Positions 20,090-28,809 of a DNA stretch of 64,000 nucleotides are shown piece by piece. The DNA lies in NCBI GenBank assembly GCA_964486995.1, contig CAZAOV010000003.1, positions 686 to 64,685 on the forward strand. The letters run 5' to 3'. Source of the stretch: an uncultured Gammaproteobacteria bacterium (lineage in GTDB: Bacteria > Patescibacteriota > Patescibacteriia > SG8-24). Below the pieces are notes generated by a model. That model was not told the DNA's origin, made no database searches, and saw nothing but the letters and a program-made list of their open reading frames with translations. Both the position numbers and the translations under genes were made by a program. Numbering within the stretch: the stretch's first letter is position 1; each line of letters starts with the position of its first letter.

Positions 20090-22336
20090 GTGAGTACAAC
20101 TATGGTTTACGCAAATAATAAAATCGCCTCTTGGATGCTTTTGGCAGTCGTAGTCAGTATTGCTGCCATAATTGTGGCCGTGCCGTTATTGCCGGCCTGG
20201 ACTAGTTACACAACCTGTATTTTTTCCGAGGCGACTTTTTTTCAAATCGCGGTGGAGGTGATGCTGGCAGCATGGATACCGCTGGCCTTAGCCACACCAA
20301 GGTTTCGACCGCGTCGAAGTTGGCTTACCGGGGCGGTTGTATTTTACGCCGTCGTTATGATGGCATCTTTGTTTTTTGCGGTTGATCCATCTCTGTCAGC
20401 CTGGTCAAAAGTCACTCGCATGACCGGTGTCATCAATATGCTGCATATTGTTGGCTGGTTTTTGGTCTTGTCTTCCTCGCTGCGCGGCATCAGACAGTGG
20501 CGTTTTCTGCTCACTGCCAGCGTCGTTGTCAGCACCCTAATCAGCATAATCGCCATTATCGAAGGTGTGGCCGGATCAGGTCCTGTTGTGGCTACCATGT
20601 GCAACCAATCATTTTTGGCCGCTTATCTTCTGCCTCATGTGGGGATTGCAATGTTTTTGCTGTTCAGGGAGAAGCAATGGTTCTTTCGTGTAGCTCTATT
20701 GACCACCTCGACCATTCTGCATCTGATTGCGATGTATTTTTCTGCCAGTCGGTCGGGCATGCTGGCGTCACTTATTTTGGTGGCATCGTTCTTGGTGGTG
20801 TTGGTAGCTAGAACAAAGTTTAAGGCGCATAACAGGCGCTTTCTTGTCGCCCTGATTATTATTGCGTTTTGTGCGGTCATCGGGGCGGTCATCGGGCTAC
20901 GTTATTTGTCGGCCGTGGGTAAGTTGGACGCAAATCTGCCTCGACCCGTCAGCCGTCTGGTGCTGAAGGATTTTGGTGATGACCGGTTAGTTTTATGGAC
21001 ATATGCTTGGCGCGGTTTTATGGAGCGGCCCATATTCGGCTGGGGTAACGAACAGTTCAGCACGCTTTATAGCCAGCACTACAACCCGGCCGGTTTGGAT
21101 AAATACGTGTTTAATGAACGATGGCAGGATCGAGCGCATAATCAGTATCTAGATTCACTGGTGTCTTATGGAATTTTCGGGTTTTTGGCCTTTGTATTGA
21201 TTTGGGCGCTGGCCATTAAGCGGGTGCGTTCGTTGTATCGTGATGACGTGCTGGATGTTTATCAGTCATCGATGCTGATGTCGGTGTTTGTGGCGTTGAT
21301 GCTGTTTTACGCGTTCAATTTTGATACGCCGGCCGCGCTTATCGTAATTTACATGTTGTTTGCGTTCTGCGTTGGGGTCAGTCCGCCGCGCCGCGACGAT
21401 CGATTGTTCCATTCGGCTATGTTGGGTGCGGCGTTGATTACCATCAGTTTTGCCGTTGTGGGAATTAGGTTCATAAATGTGGTTCCGGCCATGAGCATGA
21501 AGACTTTCAGCGAAGCCGAGTCAACAATTTTGACCGATGGCATGAAATCGTTCGAAAAATATAGCGTGGCGCTGAAGGGTGTCGGCCCATACAGAAATGA
21601 TTTTAGGCTCAACCACCTGTTTGCCATCCAAAAATATGTCGATCACGCCGGAATGCGCGGTATGCCCCTGGAAACTCTAGTCCGTCAGGCAGTGCATGAA
21701 ACCAAAGATATGGTCGGTGATGCGCCGTACGACTATCGATCGCATTTGGCTAATGCGGTAGCTAATCGGCTAATGGCAGAGTTCGGCGAAGACACCATTC
21801 AAACCGCAAAGGTCAGCGCGCAAAAGGCTCTTGAGTTGGCGCCGACGCGATTTGACGCTCACTTTGAGTTGGGTGAGATTAGTTTAGCTGCGCGGAATTA
21901 TAGACAGTCCGAGCATCATTTTATGCGTGCCATTGAGTATTCTTATTGGAATTTGGCCGGTTTTGATGAATTGGTCTATTATCGCTTAGCTCAGCTGTAC
22001 GTTGAGCAAGGTGATTATGCTATGGCTCGGGAGTGGTTGGCACGCAGTCAGGCGGGTGCGGCATATCCGGCCACTCAAGATGCCAGACTGGTCATGGCCA
22101 TGGATAACCTGTTGGAGACGGATCAGGCCGCATCTGCATTTGCGTTCACATCTTATGTTGATGCGACATTGAATAATTTTATCGTTCATCCGGAGTTGCA
22201 CGCCGCTGCGGCAAGGTATTATGCGGCATTGGGCAACAAGAATCGTGCCGCTCAAATCGTAAATGGCATGGTCGCCACTACACCCGCTTTGGCTCGGCAG
22301 TTGGTAGAAGAATTGGACTTGCCGTTTACTGAATAA
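20090..22336 (+). CDS. O-antigen ligase (Wzy_C)-TPR membrane protein (paralog 4 of 4)
   Basis: SASRSGMLASLILV; HNQYLDSLVSYGIFGFLAFVLIW; C-terminal RFDAHFELGEISLAARNYRQSEHHF. Confidence 0.7.
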   Translation: MSTTMVYANNKIASWMLLAVVVSIAAIIVAVPLLPAWTSYTTCIFSEATFFQIAVEVMLAAWIPLALATPRFRPRRSWLTGAVVFYAVVMMASLFFAVDPSLSAWSKVTRMTGVINMLHIVGWFLVLSSSLRGIRQWRFLLTASVVVSTLISIIAIIEGVAGSGPVVATMCNQSFLAAYLLPHVGIAMFLLFREKQWFFRVALLTTSTILHLIAMYFSASRSGMLASLILVASFLVVLVARTKFKAHNRRFLVALIIIAFCAVIGAVIGLRYLSAVGKLDANLPRPVSRLVLKDFGDDRLVLWTYAWRGFMERPIFGWGNEQFSTLYSQHYNPAGLDKYVFNERWQDRAHNQYLDSLVSYGIFGFLAFVLIWALAIKRVRSLYRDDVLDVYQSSMLMSVFVALMLFYAFNFDTPAALIVIYMLFAFCVGVSPPRRDDRLFHSAMLGAALITISFAVVGIRFINVVPAMSMKTFSEAESTILTDGMKSFEKYSVALKGVGPYRNDFRLNHLFAIQKYVDHAGMRGMPLETLVRQAVHETKDMVGDAPYDYRSHLANAVANRLMAEFGEDTIQTAKVSAQKALELAPTRFDAHFELGEISLAARNYRQSEHHFMRAIEYSYWNLAGFDELVYYRLAQLYVEQGDYAMAREWLARSQAGAAYPATQDARLVMAMDNLLETDQAASAFAFTSYVDATLNNFIVHPELHAAAARYYAALGNKNRAAQIVNGMVATTPALARQLVEELDLPFTE

Positions 22337-22354
22337 TTGCTAGACAAATGACCA

Positions 22355-22386
22355 AAACACCCCATCTGCTGATGGGGTGTTTTGGT
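22355..22386 (+). terminator. Rho-independent terminator of the ligase array
   Basis: acacccca-tctgctga-tggggtgt followed by TTTT. Confidence 0.7.
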
Positions 22387-22417
22387 CGCATTCCGCTCCA
22401 AGTCTCTGCTTCCTGAT

Positions 22418-22487
22418 GCGCGGGACAAGGTAGACAGACGCCTGCCCACCTTGTCCCGCGCACCGAAGCCGGATACTTGGAACGGGA
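22418..22487 (-). repeat. Conserved 3' trailer after tRNA-Thr (about 50 nt shared with the tRNA-Gly trailer), containing a 14-bp perfect hairpin gcgcgggacaaggt/accttgtcccgcgc
   Basis: 22438-22487 matches 22635-22684 with 2 mismatches. The hairpin at 22418-22461 was read directly from the sequence. Confidence 0.6.
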
Positions 22488-22563
22488 TGGAGCCACCTCG
22501 CGGATTCGAACCGCGGACCTCTGCTTTACGAAAGCATTGCTCTACCGACTGAGCTAAGGTGGC
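22488..22563 (-). tRNA. tRNA-Thr (anticodon CGU), CCA encoded
   Basis: Reverse complement GCCACCTTAGCTCAGTCGGTAGAGCAATGCTTTCGTAAAGCAGAGGTCCGCGGTTCGAATCCGCGAGGTGGCTCCA folds as a cloverleaf. Anticodon loop TTCGTAA; GTTCGAATC T-loop. Confidence 0.85.
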
Positions 22564-22620
22564 ATGATAACGGCTGTATCGCATCTCGCTCCGGGTTTCT
22601 GTCGCTTGTGTCTTGCAGGA

Positions 22621-22684
22621 CACAGGGTGGATAAACGCCTGCCCACCTTGTCCCGCGCACCGAAGCCCGATACTCGGAACGGGA
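22621..22684 (-). repeat. Conserved 3' trailer after tRNA-Gly (second copy of the trailer element), with a degenerate hairpin
   Basis: acgcctgcccaccttgtcccgcgcaccgaagcccgatactcggaacgggatgg is near-identical to the copy after tRNA-Thr. Confidence 0.6.
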
Positions 22685-22758
22685 TGGAGCGGGGTACGGG
22701 AATCGAACCCGCGTTATTTGCTTGGGAAGCAGACGTACTACCATTGTACTAACCCCGC
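22685..22758 (-). tRNA. tRNA-Gly (anticodon CCC), CCA encoded
   Basis: Reverse complement GCGGGGTTAGTACAATGGTAGTACGTCTGCTTCCCAAGCAGATAACGCGGGTTCGATTCCCGTACCCCGCTCCA. Anticodon stem TCTGC/GCAGA, loop TTCCCAA. Confidence 0.85.
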
Positions 22759-22854
22759 ATTGAGTATATATCGTGGACTTCGACATAGTCCGCTGTACCA
22801 CTAACGCAACATATTATATACTTATTTTGAGGTATTGCAAGTGTTGTTGAAATC

Positions 22855-23535
22855 ATGATTCGGTTCAAAAACGTCTCTAAATACTATCCGCCAAAGGTGG
22901 TCGGAGTCCAAAATGTTAACCTGCATATCCGTCCAGGTGAATTTGTGTCTATTGTTGGGCAAAGCGGAACTGGAAAGACCACCCTAGTAAAGCTGTTGAT
23001 CGCTGAGGAGAAACCCACACGCGGTCAGATTGTAGTTGGCGGGTGGGATATTTCTGGCATCAAGTCCTCAGAGGTTCCGTTGCTGCGCCGGCAGATTGGC
23101 GTAGTGTTTCAGGATTTTAAGCTGCTACCCAAGAAGACCGTTTACGAAAATGTAGCCTTTGCGCTCGAAGTGTCTGGTGCGCGCCCTCGGCGGATTAAGA
23201 ACATCGTTCCGCAGGCGCTCAAGATAGTCGGGCTGACCGATAAGACATCTCGCTATCCGCGTCAATTATCGGGTGGCGAACAGCAACGCGTAGTGATTGC
23301 GCGCGCTTTGGTGCATCGACCGAAGATTATTGTCGCTGATGAGCCTACCGGAAATTTGGATTCGCTCAACACATGGGAGATTATAGATCTGCTGAAACGA
23401 ATAAACGGTTTTGGTACCACGGTCGTTCTGGTAACGCATGACCGCGAAGTCGTTAACGCCCTCAGTCGCCGCGTCATCACTATCGATAATGGCCTGATAG
23501 TGTCAGACGTGGAAGAGGGCAAGTATGTACTATGA
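22855..23535 (+). CDS. ftsE: Cell division ATP-binding protein FtsE
   Basis: Walker A GQSGTGKTT, signature LSGGEQQRV, Walker B IIVADEPTGNLD. Length 226 aa, immediately upstream of ftsX. Confidence 0.9.
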   Translation: MIRFKNVSKYYPPKVVGVQNVNLHIRPGEFVSIVGQSGTGKTTLVKLLIAEEKPTRGQIVVGGWDISGIKSSEVPLLRRQIGVVFQDFKLLPKKTVYENVAFALEVSGARPRRIKNIVPQALKIVGLTDKTSRYPRQLSGGEQQRVVIARALVHRPKIIVADEPTGNLDSLNTWEIIDLLKRINGFGTTVVLVTHDREVVNALSRRVITIDNGLIVSDVEEGKYVL

Positions 23536-24449
23536 GACCGGCACCAATGTTTAGAGTAATCAAATTTGGCTTACAGAATTTCTTTCGAAATATTTGGCTG
23601 TCATTCGCCACGGTAAGTGTTTTGACGCTGACCGTTATTTCGGTGAACGCGATTTTGGTGATGAACGTGCTGGGTCAGGTCGCGGTTTCCGCAGTCGAAT
23701 CTAAAGTGGACGTGAGCGCCCATTTTCGTCCGGACGTTGAGGAGGATCGTGTGCAGACAGTGAAGGTGGCGCTGCTTGGGATGCAGGAAGTACGCGACGT
23801 TGCTTACGTTTCGCCCGAGGATAATTTAACCGAGTTCAAGAGAATTAATGGGCATGATTCTGATTTGGTGGTTGCGCTTGAGGAAATCGATGAGAATCCG
23901 TTCGGTGCAACATTGATCGTGAAAGCTCGTGACGTGGCCGACTATCCGGCTGTGCTGCAGGCGCTGTCTCAGCCGTTGTTTACAAACCTTATTGAGGAAA
24001 AAGATTTTTCGGACTACGAAGCCATGGTGTCCAGATTGAACTACATCACGACACGGGTGGAAATCGTCATGTTGGCGTTAAGTGTGGCGTTTGGTCTGGT
24101 GGCGCTGTTAATCGTCATGAACGCGATTCGCGTTTCAATCTATACGCACAAGGAAGAAATTAGCATCATGCGTCTGGTTGGCGCGTCTAACTGGTTTATT
24201 CGTGGGCCGTTTTATGTTGAAGCGTTGCTGTGGACCGTGATTTCCGTCGGGGCGACCCTAGCTTTGCTTTACCCTTTATTGGTGGTCATTCAACCGTTTT
24301 TGCATCGCTTCTTCAATACTGAATCCATTGACTTGATTGCGTTCTACCAAGTGAATTTCATACAGGTTGTAGGCTTGCAGTTCTTAGGCGTTGCGGTCAT
24401 GACGCTGGTCACCACAAAAATGGCGACGGCGAGATATCTTAAGATATAA
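23532..24449 (+). CDS. ftsX: Cell division permease FtsX
   Basis: Start overlaps the ftsE stop by 4 nt. Four-TM topology with a large first extracellular loop. FtsX-like C-terminal helices. Confidence 0.8.
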   Translation: MRPAPMFRVIKFGLQNFFRNIWLSFATVSVLTLTVISVNAILVMNVLGQVAVSAVESKVDVSAHFRPDVEEDRVQTVKVALLGMQEVRDVAYVSPEDNLTEFKRINGHDSDLVVALEEIDENPFGATLIVKARDVADYPAVLQALSQPLFTNLIEEKDFSDYEAMVSRLNYITTRVEIVMLALSVAFGLVALLIVMNAIRVSIYTHKEEISIMRLVGASNWFIRGPFYVEALLWTVISVGATLALLYPLLVVIQPFLHRFFNTESIDLIAFYQVNFIQVVGLQFLGVAVMTLVTTKMATARYLKI

Positions 24450-24451
24450 CT

Positions 24452-25195
24452 ATGTTCTGGTCTGGGAGGAAAAAGATAAAGTCCGATGCGTCGGTTCTTT
24501 TTATTTTTATCGCGGCGGTAGGTACTTTGATTTTAGCCACTGCAGTTTTAGAAATCAGCTCGGTCAAACGAACTGTCGTTGAGGAAAAAGCGCCGGTGCC
24601 GTTGATGAACAATGATTCATCTTTACCAGAAGGGATTATAGATTCAGCTCGACGAATGGATATAGAGTTATTGGCGGAACCGGCTACCGTTTTGGCCTAT
24701 CGTCAGAACGGCCGTCAGATGTTGGGTCTGATGAAGTGGGACCGGCGTTCTGGGAAGAATGCTCTAAAAACGGAAATCGTATTGCATGGCACGATGAATC
24801 AGGCTGAACTGCCAGAGCTGTCGGTTAAAAAATATGGCTGGAGTCAGGATTTAGAGGTTGAGTTGCGCTGGTCCGCGGCGAACAGCGATCTCGACGTGCT
24901 GACTCATGTAATGGTTGATGGAACGCAATTGAAACAGCTCAAGATTGAACGTGCAGACGGCATCAGTCGGTACGAATTGTTTGAGGAGGGGGATACCGTA
25001 CTCGGCGAAACGTCTATAGAGATAAAAGATATGGATAACGATGGTGTGGCTGAACTACTTGCCGAGACGATCGATTCATACGGCAATCGCGTGGTTGACG
25101 TCTATCTGTGGGCTGGAGATCGGTTAGCCTGGAACGAAAGCTGGAGCAGAGCCATGACAGCGAGAGACGGTCTGTTTCCGGAGCCAGGAGAATAG
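24452..25195 (+). CDS. Hypothetical membrane-anchored protein, cotranscribed with ftsEX
   Basis: Start 3 nt after the ftsX stop. N-terminal TM helix. No recognised motif. Confidence 0.5.
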   Translation: MFWSGRKKIKSDASVLFIFIAAVGTLILATAVLEISSVKRTVVEEKAPVPLMNNDSSLPEGIIDSARRMDIELLAEPATVLAYRQNGRQMLGLMKWDRRSGKNALKTEIVLHGTMNQAELPELSVKKYGWSQDLEVELRWSAANSDLDVLTHVMVDGTQLKQLKIERADGISRYELFEEGDTVLGETSIEIKDMDNDGVAELLAETIDSYGNRVVDVYLWAGDRLAWNESWSRAMTARDGLFPEPGE

Positions 25196-25207
25196 CAAAA
25201 AATAGAA

Positions 25208-25235
25208 AAACAGCACCGATCGGTGCTGTTTTTGG
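25208..25235 (+). terminator. Rho-independent terminator
   Basis: aacagcaccg-atc-ggtgctgtt followed by TTTTT. Confidence 0.8.
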
Positions 25236-25270
25236 TTGTAAGGTGGCTGGCCAGCGAAATCTCAACCCAA

Positions 25271-25531
25271 TTATTTTATGAGCTTCAAATGCGGGGCGTC
25301 ATCAATTGGATAATGGCTGCCCACTTGTCTGATCGGCGTTCTGAAATGCAAGTGAATGATTTTACCGCTTTCGCCCAGGACGCGTTGGCAGATTGGACAA
25401 AATTTATCTGCGTTTCTCGTACCCACTGAATACGAACCGTCGAGATGTTGAAAAGTGAAGACCTTACCTTCTGGGTGCTTTTTGTTTCTTAGTTTTAGCT
25501 GGGCACCGCTGAGCAGTTCAAGTAGCGTCAT
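25271..25531 (-). CDS. Hypothetical small protein (86 aa)
   Basis: Clean ORF between a terminator and tRNA-Gln. No recognisable domain. Weak support. Confidence 0.2.
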   Translation of the reverse strand: MTLLELLSGAQLKLRNKKHPEGKVFTFQHLDGSYSVGTRNADKFCPICQRVLGESGKIIHLHFRTPIRQVGSHYPIDDAPHLKLIK

Positions 25532-25630
25532 TTTTTTTTCGCGCTAAAGGATGTCTCCCCCAAACCCCCTGTTCGAATCCTGGTTTTAGTTGTTGGGACA
25601 AAAAACCACCCTTCGCGGACGGTTAGTTGA

Positions 25631-25704
25631 TGGTTCGGGGACCAGGATTCGAACCTGGATTGACGGCTTCAAAGGCCGCTGTCCTACCATTGGACGATCC
25701 CCGA
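25631..25704 (-). tRNA. tRNA-Gln (anticodon UUG), CCA encoded
   Basis: Reverse complement TCGGGGATCGTCCAATGGTAGGACAGCGGCCTTTGAAGCCGTCAATCCAGGTTCGAATCCTGGTCCCCGAACCA. Anticodon loop CTTTGAA. Confidence 0.85.
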
Positions 25705-25908
25705 ATGCATGAAGTTGGAAATTTACCGATTATTCGGCGCAGGAGTTCTTTATTTGTCACCTGCCTGCCTTCCGCAGCCTTGGCGGAGGCGGGGACGACC
25801 CCCCAAATTAGTGCGTTAGCAGTTTACTTGATGAAAACAATCTAGGCAAGGACTCGGACTCCGTTGGCGATGGTGATATAATAACCACAGATTAATTAAA
25901 GCATTATT

Positions 25909-26439
25909 ATGGTGTCCGGAATAATAGTTCGATTTACAGCAGCCGCCTTTCTCCTGTTCAACATGATCATATTTATCGCTTCGGCTATTCGGTCCGTGCG
26001 GAGCCTGATGGCGCCGTCGGAAGACGAAAATATGATGTTTTCGGTAGTGTTTATGCTGTTGTCGTTGGTGTTTGCGGTCTGGGTGTGGGGGATGCTGAGC
26101 AAGGTATTCAAGAAGGATTGGCCTCGCAAATCGTTCATTCATATCAAGACCGATTGGCGTAAATATGTCGCCACGGTGCTGGTGCTAATAGGTCTGGTGT
26201 TGTTGTTCGGTTCGCCCATCGGGTTCTATGCGAGCATCGGGTACATGGCCGGTTCGCAGTTTGCCCAATTGGCGCAACAAGAATTCGCCGGACTGCTTGG
26301 TTTGGAATTGCCTGAACTCTTACTGAAATCGGTGGCTTGGACATTTCAATGGAATTTTGCCTCATTCATGGCGGGGTTCTGCATATGGATTTATTCGGCC
26401 ATAGCAGGTGCGATGACGCAGAGCAAGGCCTTCAAGTAA
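25909..26439 (+). CDS. Hypothetical integral membrane protein (4-5 TM)
   Basis: Hydrophobic segments throughout. Followed by a terminator at 26453-26480 (aaccgcttt..aaagcggtt+TTTT). Confidence 0.5.
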   Translation: MVSGIIVRFTAAAFLLFNMIIFIASAIRSVRSLMAPSEDENMMFSVVFMLLSLVFAVWVWGMLSKVFKKDWPRKSFIHIKTDWRKYVATVLVLIGLVLLFGSPIGFYASIGYMAGSQFAQLAQQEFAGLLGLELPELLLKSVAWTFQWNFASFMAGFCIWIYSAIAGAMTQSKAFK

Positions 26440-26485
26440 CGTTGACGCAAAGAAAAACCGCTTTTTGAAAGCGGTTTTATTGTTG

Positions 26486-26845
26486 CTAATCTCCGGATTC
26501 ATTAAGGTCTTCCGGAATGTTGGTGCCATACTTGAGAAGCAGCTGCATGGCCTGATCTTCACTGAATCCAGCCTTTATCAATGCCGAAAACCTGTCATGG
26601 AGGTTCGCGGCATGGATTTGGTATAGTGGCTTGGAGAAAAAAGACTGGGCGAATATCGTGATGATATCTACCTGTTCGTTATAGACGATTCGCTCGACTT
26701 TATCGCTCGTTAATTCGCGCCATTTGTCGATTGCCAGCTGAGTGATATCTTCCGCGCTTTCATCATCCGGCGATTGGTCGTTATGATACCGCACCAGTAA
26801 AGCGATAAGTTCTTTCGGTGGTTCCGGAATGTTGAATTGAGTCAT
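26486..26845 (-). CDS. Hypothetical small protein, paralog of 26932-27201 (shared C-terminal FSEDQAMQLLLKYG motif)
   Basis: GGAGGT RBS 3 nt before the internal ATG (MTQFNIPEPP). The C-terminus aligns with the neighbouring gene. Confidence 0.5.
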   Translation of the reverse strand: MTQFNIPEPPKELIALLVRYHNDQSPDDESAEDITQLAIDKWRELTSDKVERIVYNEQVDIITIFAQSFFSKPLYQIHAANLHDRFSALIKAGFSEDQAMQLLLKYGTNIPEDLNESGD

Positions 26846-26931
26846 GTTACCTCCAAAGCAAGTCACCCGAAAGTATAGCGGGCTAATGGATTAATGCAAT
26901 AGAAAACCACCCTCAACGGGTGGTGGCTGCG

Positions 26932-27201
26932 CTAAGTGTCCGTGAGATTGGCTTTTAGGCCCCAGCGCAGAAGCAGCTGCATGGCCTGATCTTCGTTAAA
27001 GCCGACGTTCAGAAACGCATCGAAACGAGCGCGCAGTAGAGTCGCCTGGTCGTGAAATAGTGTCGGATGACAGGCCTTCAGCAGCTGCAGTTCCTTGAAT
27101 TCTTCTGGGATTTGCGGCACATCGCTGTCGATGAGCTTGGTTTTCCCCTCGCAATTTTCGGTGTTGGCTGGAGGCAGGTCGAGACTATTTTTATCACTCA
27201 T
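26932..27201 (-). CDS. Hypothetical small protein, paralog of 26486-26845 (VGFNEDQAMQLLLRWG)
   Basis: Conserved C-terminal block RFDAFLNVGFNEDQAMQLLLRWG matches RFSALIKAGFSEDQAMQLLLKYG in the neighbour. Terminator hairpin at 26897-26925. Confidence 0.5.
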   Translation of the reverse strand: MSDKNSLDLPPANTENCEGKTKLIDSDVPQIPEEFKELQLLKACHPTLFHDQATLLRARFDAFLNVGFNEDQAMQLLLRWGLKANLTDT

Positions 27202-27260
27202 GCTTCCTCTTAAATAAGCTTTAGTAAACGTACTGCTCTAAAAAAAAACAGTCAATCGCC

Positions 27261-27289
27261 TTGACTGTCAGCACGATATAGATTAATAT
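27261..27289 (+). promoter_or_regulatory. Sigma70-like promoter: TTGACT-N17-TAATAT
   Basis: Read directly from the sequence. It lies 14 nt upstream of the ORF start at 27303. Confidence 0.45.
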
Positions 27290-27302
27290 TTCTTCGATAA
27301 GT

Positions 27303-27722
27303 TTGTTCTTTGGAGTCAGCATGGCAATAAAGTTGGTAGCATATGATTGGCTTTTGCGACCGGTGTGGTTGCAAGAGGTTTCGCTGCGTGACGGTGTGAG
27401 ATCAAAAACTCCGCGTCTTAGGAAGTTTTTGCTTATCGAAGACACTGGTGAGTTAGTGCTGGTAGTCGGACCTCGTTTCTCGTGGCCCATGGAGTATCAT
27501 CATTTTCTCCTGCGAGACAAGTATAAGCAGAGATACGGTATGCAGGGTCGGTGTTTGGGCGGTGGAGTGTTGTCTGCCGAACGTAATTGTGACGCTGGGT
27601 ATCAGGCTCAGCTAGCCTTTTGGAAGAATTTTGTCTGCGGAACGTATAACGACGATCTGGCCGGGCTGGAGAATATGCTTAACATCATGCTTAAGTGTCA
27701 GGTCAAAATTACTGTCGAATAA
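27303..27722 (+). CDS. Hypothetical protein (139 aa), orphan gene with its own promoter and terminator
   Basis: The ORF is bounded by the promoter above and by the terminator cagccag-cctgaa-ctggctg+TTTTTT at 27731-27756. Confidence 0.4.
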   Translation: MFFGVSMAIKLVAYDWLLRPVWLQEVSLRDGVRSKTPRLRKFLLIEDTGELVLVVGPRFSWPMEYHHFLLRDKYKQRYGMQGRCLGGGVLSAERNCDAGYQAQLAFWKNFVCGTYNDDLAGLENMLNIMLKCQVKITVE

Positions 27723-27754
27723 GACCGATACAGCCAGCCTGAACTGGCTGTTTT

Positions 27755-27794
27755 TTATCCCCAAATAGGTCCCTGGCACCTATTTTGTGGATAA
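27755..27794. promoter_or_regulatory. 40-bp palindrome TTATCCCCAAATAGGTCCCTGGCACCTATTTTGTGGATAA with DnaA-box-like ends (right end is a perfect TGTGGATAA)
   Basis: A near-identical element lies at 62445-62485. DnaA box consensus is TTATCCACA. Confidence 0.5.
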
Positions 27795-27831
27795 GTTGGT
27801 TGTTGTAGCTGGTCTGCTAAAATATAGACAT

Positions 27832-28626
27832 ATGAACAAAGTCGCAAAAACAACGGCTCAGGCCGATCTCAAAGCCTCGATTCTAGAGGTGATAAATCAG
27901 CTCGGTGGAATGGGGCAGTTTCTCCAAGAAGGGGAGCGGGTTTTAGTGAAGCCGAATTTTAATACAGCCGACCCGCCACCTGCCTCAACCGATCCGGAAT
28001 TTTTGGCGGCGTTCGTTGATTTGTTGAGCGAGCATGGTGCGGCGCAGGTTACGGTGGGGGAGTCGTCCACTTTTTACGACATCACGAATTATGATTTGCA
28101 GAAAGCCGGTGCGACCGCACTTACTGAAGGTCGACCGTGGCTCGAGGTGCTTTCATTCGACGAAGGGGAGTGGGTTAAAAAGAAAATCGAGGGAGGGGAG
28201 TCACTGAAGAGCGTTCGCGTCCCAAAGATGCTAGAGGATTTTGATAAGATGTTTTTTGTTTGTTGTTTGAAAACCCACTGCTATGCGCAGTTTACCGGTG
28301 CGATTAAATTATCGGTCGGACTGATGAAGCCAAATGAACGCATCGCTCTGCATATGCGAAATCTGCAGCTCAAGATTGCGGAGTTGGCATCGGTATTTTC
28401 GCCGGATTTATGCGTGATGGACGGACGGAAATGTTTTATCACTAAGGGGCCGAGTAAGGGTGAGGTGCGCGAGCCGAATTATATTTTCGCTTCTACTGAT
28501 CGCATCGCATTAGATATAGAGGGCATCAAGGAAATTCAAAAATTTGATGGTAACGATTTATCCGATGTGGTTCCAGAAGAGTTACCTCAAATAAAACGAG
28601 CACTGGAGTTGGGGATTGACAGATAA
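27832..28626 (+). CDS. DUF362 domain-containing protein
   Basis: ERVLVKPNFNTADPP matches the DUF362 core. The track ORF starts with GTG inside the palindrome; MNKVAK at 27832 is the more likely start. Confidence 0.55.
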   Translation: MNKVAKTTAQADLKASILEVINQLGGMGQFLQEGERVLVKPNFNTADPPPASTDPEFLAAFVDLLSEHGAAQVTVGESSTFYDITNYDLQKAGATALTEGRPWLEVLSFDEGEWVKKKIEGGESLKSVRVPKMLEDFDKMFFVCCLKTHCYAQFTGAIKLSVGLMKPNERIALHMRNLQLKIAELASVFSPDLCVMDGRKCFITKGPSKGEVREPNYIFASTDRIALDIEGIKEIQKFDGNDLSDVVPEELPQIKRALELGIDR

Positions 28627-28809
28627 CTCACAAAGGACCGTTTCGTCGGAGTCAAGCCTCCTCTGCAGGGGGAGGCCGGGGTGGAGGGTTTCGAATACGA
28701 GTGCATTCCCGAAACCACGCGGATTAATGTTCGTCGCACACATTTTAGGATTGACAGGGACACTTAGTTTTGATATCGTAACTCGCTAATTAAAATACGG
28801 AGGTCAACG

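Noticed and set aside
22526-22804. ORFs of 62-123 aa spanning the tRNA-Thr/tRNA-Gly region
   Set aside because: They run through the tRNA genes and their conserved trailers. Their translations are low-complexity. Not protein-coding.
25566-25590. tRNA T-arm-like fragment CTGTTCGAATCCTGG upstream of tRNA-Gln
   Set aside because: It resembles a GTTCGAATCC T-loop, but there is no complementary stem, acceptor or anticodon arm. At most a decayed tRNA remnant.
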